Assembly: GCA_951406725.2 (NCBI GenBank)
Contig: OX597830.1
Location: forward strand, 12,462,001 to 12,526,000
Direction: 5' to 3'
DNA: 64,000 nt
DNA from: Octopus vulgaris
Taxonomy: Eukaryota
This document shows, piece by piece, positions 23,147 to 38,006 of the stretch. Positions within the stretch are counted from its first letter, which is position 1, and every line of letters begins with the position of its first letter. The position numbers and the translations under genes were made by a program. The notes under the pieces were generated by a model that did no database searches, was not told the origin of the DNA, and saw only the letters and a list, made by a program, of their open reading frames with translations.

Positions 23147-24016
23147 GAGTATCGTATCACTCTAGGTCGAATGGATGGGCCGAACGGTTCGTGGACACTT
23201 TTAAGAGACCTTTAACGAAGGTTAATAGGGATGCCACGGACGAGGTCACGATCCAACAATTAAAAAGGGTGTACTGGGTAATTTCGAACCCAAATGCGCC
23301 AGAAGGAAGTTCATCAGCGGAATTAATGTTTGCCAGAAAGGTAAAGTTCGTATTCGATAAGCTGTTACTAGTGAAGAAAAAATACGAACTACTAAAGACA
23401 TGCCAAAATTCTTTAGAGTCGGTGATAAGGTATATGGTAGAATGTACAAAAATGGCAAGCAATACTGGGAGGAGAAATTGTAACATACATTGGAAAAATG
23501 GTGTATGATGTAAAAAGCAGACATGCAATGGAAAGGAGACATAGAAATCAGCTTAAGGAAAGGGTCATAAAAAAAGGGAACCAACAAGATGGATTGGCTA
23601 TATGACGCTTTTCGGGTTCCAACACCGTTACAAGAAGCCGAAACCACACATACGAGGAAAAGAAAGGACACTGAATTCCTAAAAGTAGACCCTAAGAAGA
23701 AAAACTATTGATATATAAAAAAGAAAAAAAGAGGAGGTAGGGTGAATGAAAAAAATAGAATGTTAATAAAAAAAATTGAAGGGGGAGATGTTATATAGTG
23801 AAACTGTACATCCCTCCCGGAAAAAAATGTTGTAGTAGCCAGCCATTTTCAATAGACCAGAAGCCGGTCGGCTGGAGAATGTGATGAAGGACTAATATCT
23901 CAAACGTCAAGTAACTGCCTGTATTCAGTAAGGCATTAAGCTGATAACGTATTTCTTAAACCTTATTGTTTCTTTAAAGTCGATTTTTATAGTTCTTTGT
24001 ATTTATAGCCTAATGT

Positions 24017-24060
<44 letters not shown>

Positions 24061-24196
24061 ATATATATATATATATATTTATATATACATATAAACATAT
24101 ATACGTACATATATCTATATACATACACACGCGCACGCACTCACACACACACACACACACACACACACAAATATATATATATATATATATATACAT

Positions 24197-24492
24197 AGGA
24201 GGTGGTACCAAAAAGTTCCCGAGCTAGTTCTGTAGTGCGCCAATAGATGGCAGCAAACGGTTGCCTGCGCAAGGAGTGTTAGCAGTGACCTTCATGAGGC
24301 ATGTTCCGAGTGACATCGCTGTGTATACTTCGCAAGGTATGAAATATGTGTTTTGTGATCATTGTATGCTGTCGTCTGGGATTTATCATGGACTCGAAGA
24401 ATGAGCCAACGCGACATTTTGTTAAACTTTGGAAGTCTGCTACAGAGACATCGATCATGCATCGGCAAACTTCCGGCGACGGAGCAATGGGA
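24197..24492 (+). mobile_element. mariner 5' fragment
   Basis: TA-GGAGGTGGTACCAAAAAGTTCC terminus-like start; MDSKNE...FVKLWKSATETSIMHRQTSGDGAM resembles mariner HTH (KF.VKLGKSATET..ML.QAYGD.AMS). Confidence 0.7.
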
Positions 24493-27400
24493 GGTGGCGT
24501 AAAACATAAAACAGATGAAAATGTTATTTGGTATTGCTACAGTTGTTTTAAGAGACTATTGTGACGCAAGCGTAGTGCGGTCAGGTATGCAGTGTGCACA
24601 ATCCATAAGATTATATAATATGTTACTAAACTCTCAAGCCCTAAGCGGAACTAAATAAACAAGCGAGTAGTGACATGTAAACTAATCAACAGATTATGGT
24701 CACTAATCAACAGATTATGAATATTTGAAATTTCTATTCGAAATTGCCAACATCAAAGAAATGTAAAGTTAGCGGAACTAAAAATTGTCAAACAACGAGG
24801 ATGAATATGAGAATGAGATCATAGATTAAAGAATAGTCTAAGATATTTCTGCTCCAAAAATGTCATTAAACTTAGTAGACTATTTCATAAATGTTGGTAG
24901 TGGCATTTTTTAGTGAGAATGGAGAGAGTGCGATTAGGTTCCATTCTTATTAATCCTAAACGCGGCTTACCGGCGGCATTAGGTGTAGTAGGAAAAATAG
25001 CTTAATCTTGTCCTTGTTAAAGGTTCTACTATACCCACTAGGCGCAAGAAAGTGTTACCCCCAAAGTACTTAAAAACTCCCTAGCCAGTTGCGTATCTTC
25101 TAATAAGTATCACAATTCTTTCTTCCTCCCTCTAGACACAAGGCCTACTGTAGGTATTATAATATTTGAGTATAAATTCGAAGCAGGTTCTACATCGGTC
25201 AACATTGATAATGTATCTGTGCAGAATACAAGCTGGCTCAAGCAAGATTTTTTGAAAAATTAACTATTACTCAAATATGTAGGTCTCTCCTATCTGTTCC
25301 ACCGTTATTTATCTTAAGGTGACTTGCATATTTGAGACGGCACAGCTTGACACGCGTACCATGTCAGAACGCAAAGAGATGAAACAAAAACTGTGAGACA
25401 TCTTGCCTGACACTCTAACACTTCTGCTAGTCCACTGGTCGGTATTGGTGCATTTTTGTTAACTCCGAGAGACAAAGTTGACCTCGGTGGTATTTGAATT
25501 CAGAGCGCAAAATGTCAAAGCAATAACTCCAAGACATTCTAACCAACGCTTTAACGGCGTTGTCAAACCAAATACTAGTTATGAATTAATATATGATTTT
25601 TTTATAACTGGTACAGGAGATGTTTAAATACATATTTCCATTTTCTAACTGATAGAGAAAAGATTGTATCAAGATTTAGCACTCTTCAGGTCTGTTGTTT
25701 TTATTTAATCAGATCAACCTTGATCAAGGAAACCTATGATTTAAAATGATTCAATCGTCTTGTCTTGTAAATTTGTGACTGCACTTTCCAATATGTCCTT
25801 GCTTTCTGCATATGGTTGATTTAAAGAAGTTTGACAGTTGCTATGTTAAACAGATTTTTCAACCTTTACCAATATTCCAATATTAAAAGTATTTAGGAAT
25901 ATCTTCTGATATACTTTCGCAAATCTTAGTTATTCGGTTCAACCGAAACGAAAATGTTACTTGGATTACTCTTGATATATATGAGATCAAAATTCTACTA
26001 AATGGAAAATGTCAGTGGGTTTGTGATAAATGTAATTCAAAGTATCAAAGCAGATCTGAAGATGCTTGAAGGAATTATTCACAAGATATTCAACGACAAC
26101 CTACTGATCGGACAACAAGTAGCTGATTGGAAGAGGATTAACGGCAAAGCTGCTGGAAGGAATCATTCAGAGATGTTCCGATATTCAGAGATATTCTAAT
26201 GTTCAAGTGATACGGGACTAAGAAAAGGTGATCAACAAAGAAAAAAGAAGGTAGTTTTGGGAAGATTATAAAATACGTTCACAGAAATATTATTTCAGAA
26301 TGTCGTCTTGACCGGAAATGAAAAAGCATATATGAATAAGTATTGAATGAAATAAGTTAAGTAGAAAATGACTTCGTTCTGTTAAAATAAATTCAAAAGA
26401 ATTGGGGAAAACGGGGAAAATTTGGCAATTATAAGACCAGAATGCATGACGCAGTCGTGAATAATGTTAAGAAGAAACTTTGTAAAATAAGAATTAAATC
26501 TAAGGTAGCATAAACATAAATTTCTAGAGTGAGGTCTTAGAGTTAAAAAAAAAATAAATGACTGAACTATTATTTGATTGTTTGAAGAATTCTTCCTGTA
26601 TGTTAATAATGAAACAAACAGAAACAAATAAATGGCAAAATTAAGAGTGCCAGAATTGATATTAAATTTGTCAAGGATAGTAGAGAAACACTCCATTATT
26701 TAGGAAAGTATATGTTAAGAACCATAATTATGCTAAAAGACATAGCAATTCATTCATTATTTTCAATATAAATTCTATAATAGATCTTCAAATGTTTTTC
26801 ATACACATCTACAAATACGATACACGAAAAGCTTTTCCAACGTATTTGCGTTATTTTTTTGAATATAATTACAATATTTTTGTAACAACTGTAATATAGA
26901 TTTGGTCAATATTTGTGATATATTATTTGTAATACACAATCTAGTTTAATATGTAATCATTTTATTACGATTGATAACGTATTTACATGTCATTCAAATT
27001 CCATTGATAACTTTAATCACGGAAACTCGCCTAATCGTGATTGAATAAGTAAGAAACTGTCATTTGTTTCAATACTGATTTTGGATTTGCTTCAGAATAA
27101 CATTTACTTAATAAATAAGTTCAATAAAATATCATAACAGTTTGGGAGGAAAATATCCGTATAAAACACATTCATGTAATGAAAAACATTTAGGTCGAAA
27201 ATGCCAAGCATGAAAGTATCATGTCCGACTTAATTGATAAAGTGGGGTGAATGACCCTCTATAAACAAATAATTGGCCGACAAAATACGCAAACATACAA
27301 TGCATCTTTGAATAAAGTCACTATTGAGTGAAAAACGACGTCCAATATAATATTTTTAGAGTGTGAAAGCAAAATAGATTCTGTAGCAGAGAGAAAAGTT

Positions 27401-28117
27401 GAACTAAAAGTGAAATCTTGCATTATAGAAAGAAAAAATGAATTTATCGATATCTCTTGTCAGTAGTCTAATGAGACGAGAGTCAAAGTAATAACAGTGA
27501 TTCACAGATGTACAAATAGATTTTATAAAGCGAGTTATCCGCAAACAAGCTTCAACTGCTAACTGTCCTCTACTCAATCAAGATTCGGATACTGATAAAG
27601 TACTTAAATTGAAACATACAATAGATCAATATGCAAAGAAAAATACTAATGACTGTAGTTACATTGATTATAACATTGATGAGAACATGGGAGATGTGTA
27701 TCGGAGAATAAAGAATTGGATGGAAATATCGTATAAAAAGTAAAAACACTGGAGCTTAATGCTGGATGGTTTACTCACACGCAACTGTAAAGAAACTTGC
27801 CCAGTAGTATGTATAACATCCCAAAATTACATTAAACCGGTCGCATTTTATAGAACAATAATTTGAGCTAACACGTTTCGATTTAAAGTATTTCAGACTA
27901 AAACAAAACCAGCTATTAAATGCAATTTAATTAAAAAATTTTATTCCTTGTGATTTTTATATTCTGTGTTTTAGAGACTTGCTACGTAAATTGATGTCAT
28001 CTTATACAACTTTCCAATCCATAAACAAATTGAATATGTAGTTTATTGCGTAACTGTAGAACTGACACTTGAAAACACTCTTTTGCAAAAATGTTACTTA
28101 ACTCGCTTTGTAACAAT

Positions 28118-28540
28118 AAGGTTCAGCCCCATGCGTGGCACTTTGGGCAAACGTATTCTACTATAACCGCGGGCCAGCCAAAGCTTTGTGAGTGAATTTG
28201 ATTAAAAGAAACTATGTTGAAACCCGTCACATGAATGTGCATGTGTGTGTGTGTGTGGTGTGTGGGTGTGTGTGTGTGTATGTGTGTGTGCGGGTGTGTG
28301 TGTATGTGCTCGCGCGTGTGCCTTTGAGTCTGTGTTCGTCTCTTCCTTTGCCGCTTGACAACCGGTATTGGTTTGTTGTTATGTTCCTGTGACTTACTGA
28401 TTTGGTAAAAAAAATAAATGATAGAATAAGTACGACTTTAAAATAATTACTAGAGTCGATCTGCTTGACTAAAACCCCACTTCAAGGCGGTGCCCCAGCA
28501 TGGACGCAGTCTAATGACAAAACCAAGTAAAAGACAAAAT
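28118..28540 (+). mobile_element. Degraded SINE family B
   Basis: GGTTCAGCCCCATGCGTGGCACTTTGGGCAA...AAGGCGGTGCCCCAGCATGG. Confidence 0.75.
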
Positions 28541-29582
28541 ATACATATGTAGAGATTGTTGAAAATGACCAACTTCGGTTACTTGATATAGGCAAATTAA
28601 ACATTTCAGGTTAATTAACACACTGATCAAACTTGCGGTACTTATTACTTGTGTTGTATTAAGTTGAACACCTTATGTAGTTAAAAATGCAAATTATCTA
28701 ATTATGCATATTCAAATGTAAAATATACAAATTAGACAAAATATTTTTTTCAAATTTCGACATTCCATTCTTTAATAGACCTGTTTAATGTTTCAATCTT
28801 TGGAAGGACTTGAATAACAATATCTACCAATAGTAAACCTCTAGTACAATAAAATATGCACAAATAGCACCGCAGTAAACGTTTCTGGAAAGTCTTGTCC
28901 ATGTAGTTTCAAATTAAGTGTCCAGTTTTTTAAATCGTTAAAAAAAAAACATGGATGAGGAATTTTATGCAAAATATGCCAGACGTTTCGGATAATTCTG
29001 TTACATGAAAAAATTTTCCAAGGCTGAACATGGACATCAGGTACAAAATCAGAGCCCTTACATATGTAAATCGCTTGCAAATCTATTGAATGTAACATTT
29101 GGAGGTTTATCAAAAACTGGGCTAGCTGTTCAGTGTTCGTTCCCAATACGGAAATTGGGTCTTTTAGAGGCAACATGAAATTGCCAAAAGGATAGTTTTT
29201 AAAAGGTACTTTTGTAAGGTCAAAAAATATAGATTCATATATATATTTTTTGGGGTGAGAAGTCCATTTATAATTTGACAAAAAAGAATATGAAATCTCC
29301 AACTATGCTTAACGTATGATGGGGGGAGGTTATGCACGCACTAATTGTAGTTAAGCATTTAAGTGAGTATAGGACATTTGAAGCCAGTTAAAACATCGGC
29401 TATATGCGGTATGGTAGTGATTCATCTCAATTCCTATATCTTTGTTTCCTTTCACCTGTTGTCTACACTGAACCCATCAATGACCATCATAACGATCTGT
29501 GAAATTTTAGAGTTCCTAGACACTACACTTATAGTGTGGTAGAGAGCGATTTAAATTCAACAGTTCTTTTAATCACATTGGC

Positions 29583-29993
29583 GGATCTATTCGGTTTGAA
29601 CGGCAGTTTTTAACATAATTTCTAGGTAAGTAAAAAATTTTAAACTTCGTATACTAGTAGAATGTGTTTATAAAACATCTTTTTCTCTTGGCTTTATAGA
29701 GAAAATTCTATAGTTTGTAAGATATTTGTTGTTGTTTTTTCTGCAATTTCTGCAATTTCAACCAATCAGTGACGTCTATTGAGTTAAAAGGCATTCTGTG
29801 TCGTATGAATATGTCCCTCGTTTAAGAAACAGATTGGGTTTATTTACATTCGTGAAGAAAAAAATATACCCTTCCCCCACCCCTAACCCTAAAACAGATT
29901 GAAATACAATAGATCGATACTAGGGTCATAATTATGGGTGACAATTTCATATGACACCGCTAGAAAAAACTGCCGTTCAAACCGAAAAGATCC
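29583..29993 (+). mobile_element. Merlin-like MITE copy 1
   Basis: TIR GGATCT(A/T)TTCGGTTTGAACGGCAGTTTTT; near-identical to the copies at 37575 and 44807; degenerate TSD. Confidence 0.88.
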
Positions 29994-30244
29994 CACATTC
30001 ACCTGTCTTACTAAACACTTAGCGTGCAAGTCAACTCAAATTTTCTAAATACTTATAGGATCATTTGTTAAAAATCACCTGATAAAGACATCTTCTTTGC
30101 ATGATGTAATCGAAGTGACCAAAGCATTAATTAATAAAAACGCTGCTGAAACAATTGTGAATTCTTAAACTTCACTTGCGTTGAATGTTGTGCGTGCGTG
30201 CGTGCGTGCGTGCGTGTGCATGTGTGTGTGTGCGTGTGTGTGCA

Positions 30245-30432
30245 TGGCGAGTCGCGTGGATTATTGGTTTGGGTGTTGCATCCCTGGACTAGGTAATACG
30301 TGATGTTCTTGAGCTAAACAGCTGACACAAATGATCATTCTGGTGATGCGCCGGCGTCCTATCCAGAGTGGAAGGACTATATAAGCCACAGAATCCGGAG
30401 AACTGGTCTTATAAGCCTAGAGCTCAGGAGGG
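30245..30432 (+). mobile_element. Old degraded SINE related to 53513-53810
   Basis: CCGGCGTCCTATCCAG...GAATCCGGAGAACTGGTCTTATAAGCC resembles the tail of the 53513 SINE. Confidence 0.45.
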
Positions 30433-30503
30433 ACTGTCGATCCTCATATAATCTTCTACATGAATGAAGATATATCCTTTATTTTATAATATGTGTGTGT
30501 GTG

Positions 30504-31353
30504 TGTGGTCTGATCAAGAAGTATCCTGACTGTTGCCATAGTAACGAAACTAAAACACAGGAGTAAAGCCGCTTGGCACATATTGAGCTTGAACTCTGCT
30601 GTGAATGCGGACTGAGGTTTAACTGCTAGCTCATGTCCGTTGTTTAAAGCAGTGCTTGGAAGGAATGGGTGTAGCGTATGATCGCCGCATTGGCCATGAC
30701 ACAGAAAGTTGAGCAGAGAATCGGCATCAAATTTTGCCTAAAGCTTGGCGATACCTGCTCAGAGGCCGACCCGAAGTTTGTAAAAAGTTTTCATCGTTAT
30801 CGACACAATCAAGGAGATCTTGTGCCTTTTTGGTCAGCTGAAAGTAGTTTTGGAACAAACCTGGCAGACACGCATCTGATACCCAAATATTTAGTAATAA
30901 TGGACTGAACTGAACCATAACTAATCTGCAGATCCTCTGATAACTCACGGATGGTGATTCGACGATTTTCCCTCACAGCTGCAGGAACATCTGCGATGTT
31001 TTTCTCAGTTCTGCTGGTTGTGGGTCTCCCAGAACTTTCGTCATTATCGACATATTTTCGGCAATCTTGGAAACGTCTGAACCTCTCGTACACTTGCGTG
31101 CGGCCCATACACTTCACTCAATACACTTTCTGCAACTTTGCGTTGGCCTCTGAGCAGATATCGCCATGACAAATTTCTCTGTCATGGTCAATGCGACGGT
31201 CACACGCTACACACCTTCCTTCCAAGCACTGCAGTAAACAGTGGAAGTGAGCTAGAACGTTAGAATGGTCAACCTGTGCCAAGTAGCTTTATTCTGCGTA
31301 CTGTATCTTCATTACTATAGCAACAGTCTTGACACTTATTGATCAAACCCGTA
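30504..31353 (-). mobile_element. mariner-derived foldback element with two 5' ends
   Basis: TIRs GTGGTCTGATCAAGAAGTATCCTGACTGTTGCCATAGTAACGAA / TTCATTACTATAGCAACAGTCTTGACACTTATTGATCAAACCCGTA; transposase N-terminus on + (MTQKVEQRIGIKFCLKLG) and on - (…RTQVYERFRRFQ…SGRPTTSRT…VSARFVPKLL). Confidence 0.85.
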
Positions 31354-31865
31354 TCGAACTGTAAATATGAGTGCTCAATACCGCATTATTTGATAAATAT
31401 TCTTTATTCGTGGGTTAACCAGACTACTATTGGTTTCATGATGAGAAAGATATCTCTCAGCAATTATTCAAGTTTTCCACATCGGACATTGCTATTCGTC
31501 TCCATCTTGGATGAAAACAAAGTAGGTGTTGGGTCCTGCATGAAATTTCGGAATGTGAAGAGGTTTTATCCCTAATAGTTAAATGTTCGCTTTTGATGTC
31601 ATAATGTTTAATTTTTCAGTGATGCAAAGTTCGCCTTTGCTGCCCCGTCCCTTGGATTTGTTGGCCTTTGCGAAAATGCTCCCGGTTATCTTGGAGTTGT
31701 TCATATGATTTTGTTGTGCTCTCATTCAAGATAGAGACGAACATCAACTTGTATTGTGGCTGACTCTTGAATAATTGTATAGTTGTTGAGAGACACTTTT
31801 CTCAACATGAAACCAATGGTAGTCTAATTATCCCACGAATAACTTGTGTGTGTGTGTATTATCTC

Positions 31866-31911
<46 letters not shown>

Positions 31912-32974
31912 ATATACACGTTTATGTGTGCTTGGGGAGTGAATGCTGTACGTGTGTGTAAATATGTTTGTGTGATCGTCTGTGTAGGAATATCTGTATT
32001 AAAAGCTGTAAAATCATTACTCAAGTATGTAATACATGTTGACTGTGGAGAGAAGAGTTGCATCAAAAGTGTAATGCAATCGAGATACAACTGAGAAGAG
32101 AGCAGTGATCGATAGAAGAAAATTCTTATTTCATTGAGAATGAGACAACTGGAATTAAGACGAGTAAGTTAAAAGTAGACGCTGGAGAAAAAGCATCTTA
32201 ATTCAGTTAAGAACAGCAAATACCACCTGACAGACCGTAAATCAATAGACATTTGTCTAGGAAAGAGAGAGAATTTGTTCCATTAGATCAACAGCTTTAA
32301 ACTGATAAACCGGACGTATTATAAATGATGTTATGACAAAAGAGTGCTCTAATCTCCTTTGTGATCTTTCTTCAGTTACTGAAATGTACTGGGGCAGAAT
32401 GGCTGAACTCTCTACCAACTAACAGCATTTAATCGAAAAGATACTACAAAATAACAATCCAAATATCTTACGAAGACCTAATATTGAGGTAGTTGACACC
32501 AAAACAAACAAATACGTCATGAAGTTGCTATACAAGGTAAGTATATTTGCTGTAAATTGTACTGGGAATTATTGATATATTCTTAAATCTGAGTTCGATG
32601 TTCTTAAGCAGGATGATAAGTATATTAACAATAATATTCGGAGTATCTTAGTTCAATTTCTGAAAACAATCTAATAAATCCGCAATTACAAATACGCTGA
32701 AAACGTTCACATCATATCGAAGTTATCATCCATTATGTGTAAGTATTCAGCTTAGATCGTAGGTTTACCACGGGCCCTAAGTCTTGTAAGGCCAAGCCAA
32801 AACTTGGTTTGAGATTACATTTTCCTTTGAACGGGGTGTTGGTCCGTTACAGTTAGCATTATTATGTAAACGAAATTTCATTTACATTTTAGGCTCAGGA
32901 GAAAGGAACATTATTATATTCTCCATTTTCCCATAAGTCTACAAAGGTTAACAGCAACAACAAATTCAACAATT

Positions 32975-33370
32975 CTCTCTACTGTAGGTATAATTCTGAA
33001 ATTCTGAAGGCAGGGAGAAGTGGATTACATCAACCCTAGTGTTCGTCTAGTACTAGTTCTTATTTTTATCGACTCGAAAAGATGGAAACCAAATTCGTCC
33101 TCGGCAGTATTTAAACCAACAAAAATAACAACGAAAACAACAATCCTTTCTTCAACAGGCACAGGACCTGAAATTACGGAAGAGGAAGCTAGTGTATTGC
33201 ATTGACCCCCGTGGTTTGACTGGTACTATTTTATCGACCCAGATGAGAGGCAAAGTCAATAACAGCTGGATTTGAACTCAAAATACAGAATAAAGGACTA
33301 AATATCGCTAAGCATTTTGTCTGACGTACTTACGACACCAGAACATAACGATTCTGCCAGGTCGCTGCCG
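32975..33370 (-). mobile_element. Two degraded SINE family A copies
   Basis: TGGTACTATTTTATCGACCC...GATTTGAACTCA...CTAAGCATTTTG...TCTGCCAGGTCGCTGCC. Confidence 0.65.
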
Positions 33371-33373
33371 AAA

Positions 33374-33377
33374 TAAC

Positions 33378-33461
<84 letters not shown>
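33374..33461. repeat. (TAA)n microsatellite
   Basis: Directly visible. Confidence 0.97.
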
Positions 33462-33466
<5 letters not shown>

Positions 33467-33469
33467 TAA

Positions 33470-34412
33470 TAGAGAGAAAGGGAGCTAATAGTTGAAAAGA
33501 AAGCCGACGTTGACAAAGCCCTTACCCATCGATGGTTAATGTCTTCTGGTTTAAAATCAGAAACAGAAGGGTTTATCATAGCGACCCAAGATCAATGCCT
33601 ACCTACCAGAAACTAACAGGCTAACATATTAAATAATGGCAGTAGCCCAACATATCGTGTGTGTAAACAATAAAATGAAACCATTGATTACGTTGTCTCC
33701 ATGTGCTGTCTTCTTGCACCTACAGAGTATCTCAACAGGCACGATAGAGCAGCACGATGTATCCACGAGGAAATTTGAACCTGCCCCATGATAAAAACTG
33801 GTGGAAACACAAACCACCTCCAGTGCTTGAAAATGATTACATCTCACTCCTCTGAAACTTCACCAATCAAACTGACAGAAAGATAGATGCTAATAGGCCA
33901 GACATTGTATTGTAACACTTCAGACAAAATCCATACCTCGTCATTGATATGACTGTGACAACTGACATAAATGTATCTGTCAAAATACCTATCAAAATAC
34001 CTACCAAAAACTCAGCAAGTATAAAGATCTTGAAATAGAAATTGGCAAAATGTGGAACCTCAAGACTAAAACAATATCTGTTGTCATAGGTACCCTAGGA
34101 ATGATAGCAAAAAAGGCTGATTCCTACCTAGCTCAGATTCCAGGAACCACCTCCAAATGGCAGAAATTCAAAAGATAGTGCTCATGAGAACTGCCCATAT
34201 CCTAAGTAAAATACTGTGTATGTAATTTCAAATTTTAAAACAAACTCAGAATTTTCTTGTTTTCTTAAACATTCTCGAGAACAAATACTATGTGAAAAAC
34301 CAAATATATGATACCCTAGGCATAACACCAACATTAACTTCTAACTCGTTGTCTCTTGAGGTCTCTAGGTGAGACTTGGAGTCAACTTGTACAAATACAA
34401 GGCAAAAGTCAA
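33470..34412 (+). mobile_element. R4/Dong-clade non-LTR retrotransposon 3' fragment (Zn knuckle + RLE), degraded
   Basis: WLMSSGLKSETEGFIIATQDQCLPTRN, ETIDYVVSMC..LAPTEYLNRHD, TDRKIDANRPDIV, KYKDLEIEIGKMWNLK with stops/frameshifts. Confidence 0.85.
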
Positions 34413-34429
34413 ACTTAGTCACTATGCAC

Positions 34430-36012
34430 TATGAGCTGAGCTGAAAAAGAACGGACCTCGTCTTAACCACCTTCTCTCCATGGATGATTTAAAACTTCTT
34501 GCAAATGCAGTGACTGAAATGGAGATGCGGGTTGAGACTGTGCAAATATGCAGCAAGGATATAGGGATGGAATTCGGTATCTCGAAGTATGGGGTGCTTA
34601 CTTTGAAGCGGAGGAAAAGAGTAACTTTTCGGAGCATAGAATTGCCAAACGGTGAGAGAATGGAAGACCCGGATGATGATGGGTACAAGTACCTTGGGAT
34701 TCTGGAGCTGGACAATATTTTGCACAGAAAAATGAAAGATAAGGTCATCACTGCATATTTCAAGCACCTCAAACTTCTCTTGAAATCAAAGCTCAACTCA
34801 AGGAACCTTGTGACTGCATCAACATATGGGCTGTTGCTGTAGTCCGCTATAGTGCACCCATCCTAAGATGGACACAACGGAGATTGACCAACTCGATCGC
34901 ACTACCCGAAAGACAATGACAATGCATGGGGCCCTCCACCCTAAGGCAAGTGTACACAGGCTCTACATACAGAGAGGTAAGGGTGGATGTGGGCTAATTA
35001 GCGTATGGGAATGCATCAACAGTGAAAGACAAAACATGGCAGAATATTTGGTAAGCAGTAAACAATACCTGCTACAGTATGCTGGTAGTGCAGAAGGAGT
35101 TAACAAAAATGGACTTGAGAGTGCTCATGAATTCCAAACAAGAACAGCCAATGAGAGAGAAAACCCTACTCCATATGGAATTACATGGTCAGTTCCACCG
35201 CGAAACCAACAAATTAAAAGACCAGGAAGCATCAAGAAGGTGGCTCGACAAGGGTGACCTAAAAAAGAATACTGAAAGCCTAATCATCGCGGCCCAGGAT
35301 CAGGCATTGAATACCAACTCAGTGAAAAAGAATATATACCACACAAGTGCATCGGACCTCTGCAGAATGTGTGGGGAGAGGGTAGAAAGTGCGACTCACA
35401 TATTTAGTGCTTGTGAAAGTCTAGCGAAGAAAGAATACATGCGCAGACACCACAAAGTAGCCCAAAACCTCCACTGGCTATCATGCCGTAAGTATGGATA
35501 TGAGGTTATAGGTGCTTGGTACCAACATACACCGGGAGAATTAATGCACAAAAGGGGGAGGGCAAAAATCATCTGGGACTTTGATTTCCAAACAGACAAA
35601 ATGTTAGAGCACCGAAGGCCGGATATAGTAATATTTAGGAGGGACAAACAAGAGTGCCTAATAATCGACGTAGCAGTGCCAGGAGATCAACATATCATCA
35701 TGAAAGAAATAGAAAAGGTTAATAATTATGGAGACCTGACAATTGAGATCACTAAAATGTGGCAGTTACGAGAGTCGAACATAAAGGTTATCCCTACTGT
35801 CATCGGAGCATTGGGTTCAATACCACCCAACCTGAAAAAAAACCCCATCTAAATACCTTAGAGATACCCTACAATCTAGATGTATTAAAAAAAGTTGGCA
35901 TTACTTGGAACAGCATGCATATTCCGTAAAGCAATGTCTGTATGAGGTCCTTGTTGTGAGTTGACAAACAGTACAAACAATATCTTCAATATCTATTGTA
36001 TAGTGACGACCA
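34430..36012 (+). mobile_element. R4/Dong-clade non-LTR retrotransposon, 5'-truncated (RT C-half, CCHC, RLE)
   Basis: LNHLLSMDDLKL, YKYLGILE, GKGGCGL, LKKNTESLIIAAQDQALNT, CRMCGERVESATHIFSAC, RPDIV...IIDVAVP across frameshifted ORFs 34480-35852; ends at the TAA array. Confidence 0.92.
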
Positions 36013-37037
<1,025 letters not shown>

Positions 37038-37574
37038 TAGAAAAATATAGGCAGAATGCATGGAATTTGAGGGGAGTGGGACACGAGTCGATTACATCGT
37101 TCCTGGTTTTCAACTGCCACTTATTTCATTGACCCCGAAAATATGAAAGCCAAGGTAAAAAAAGGGAAGGAAAAGTTTCGAAAATCTTTTCATATGTATT
37201 GAACTGTCCGACAAATACTGACTGGATTTCTAAAATATACCAGTGTCGACATAAAACAACCACTGCGAGTCATTTAGACTGTATCTTGATAGAGTTTTAA
37301 TTAGGTCACAGTCCAGCTCGTCATTTACACAATCAGTGAGAGAGGGCCTTGTTAAGAACGATTACATTGGGGTTGACATCGTTGAGCAAAAAGCTAGCGT
37401 TGGAAACAAATAAACTGCAATGAGAGTTAGTTAGTAACCTAGAAGAAAAGATCAGTAAAACTTCACAATCGACGTGCTAACGGTGAGCTCGGCCCTTGAG
37501 TATTTCTTCAATGCGAATTTCCAATTGGGTGACTGTCAGAGCATGGACTCTTGCGCTAAAAGACTAGAAAAGAT

Positions 37575-38006
37575 GGATCTTTTCGGTTTGAACGGCAGTT
37601 TTTAACATAATTTCTAGGTAACTAAAAAATTTTAAACTTCGTATACTGGTAGAATGTGTTTATAAAACATCTTTTTCTCTTGGCTTTATTGAGAAAATTC
37701 TATAGTTTGTAAGATATTTGTTGTTTTGTTTTCTTCGATTTCTGCAATTTCAACCAATCACTGACGTCTATTGAGGTGAAAAACATTTTGTGCCGTATGA
37801 ATATGTCCCTCGTTTAAGAAACAGATTGGGTTTATTTACATTTGTGAAGAAAAAAAGATACCCTTCCCCCACCCCAACCCTAACCCTAACTAGCACTAAC
37901 CCTAAAAGAGATTGAAATGCAATAGATCGATATTAGGGTCATAATTATGGGTGACAATTTCATATGACACCGCTAGAAAAAACTGCCGTTCAAACCGAAA
38001 AGATCC
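37575..38006 (+). mobile_element. Merlin-like MITE copy 2
   Basis: 29-bp TIR GGATCTTTTCGGTTTGAACGGCAGTTTTT at both ends. Confidence 0.9.

Larger units (their letters stand above)
20545..23890 (+). mobile_element. Decayed Ty3/Gypsy LTR retrotransposon (gag-protease-integrase remnants; RT deleted)
   Basis: 5' LTR ~20545-20883, PBS-like GTGACGACGAGGA at ~20884; gag FKYDPEEGVTFEAYFRRF; protease MQLDTRSGITIMNEKTW; integrase YHSRSNGWAERFVDTFKR; PPT GAAGGGGGAGA 23778-23788 then truncated 3' LTR from 23789 similar to the 5' LTR. Confidence 0.85.

Noticed and set aside
28841-29302. 153-aa minus-strand ORF
   Set aside because: No recognisable motif or splice context; the region looks like a non-coding transposon interior
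35079-35852. Intact retrotransposon gene
   Set aside because: Only a frameshift-bounded fragment; RT active site reads SMDD and the 5' half is missing
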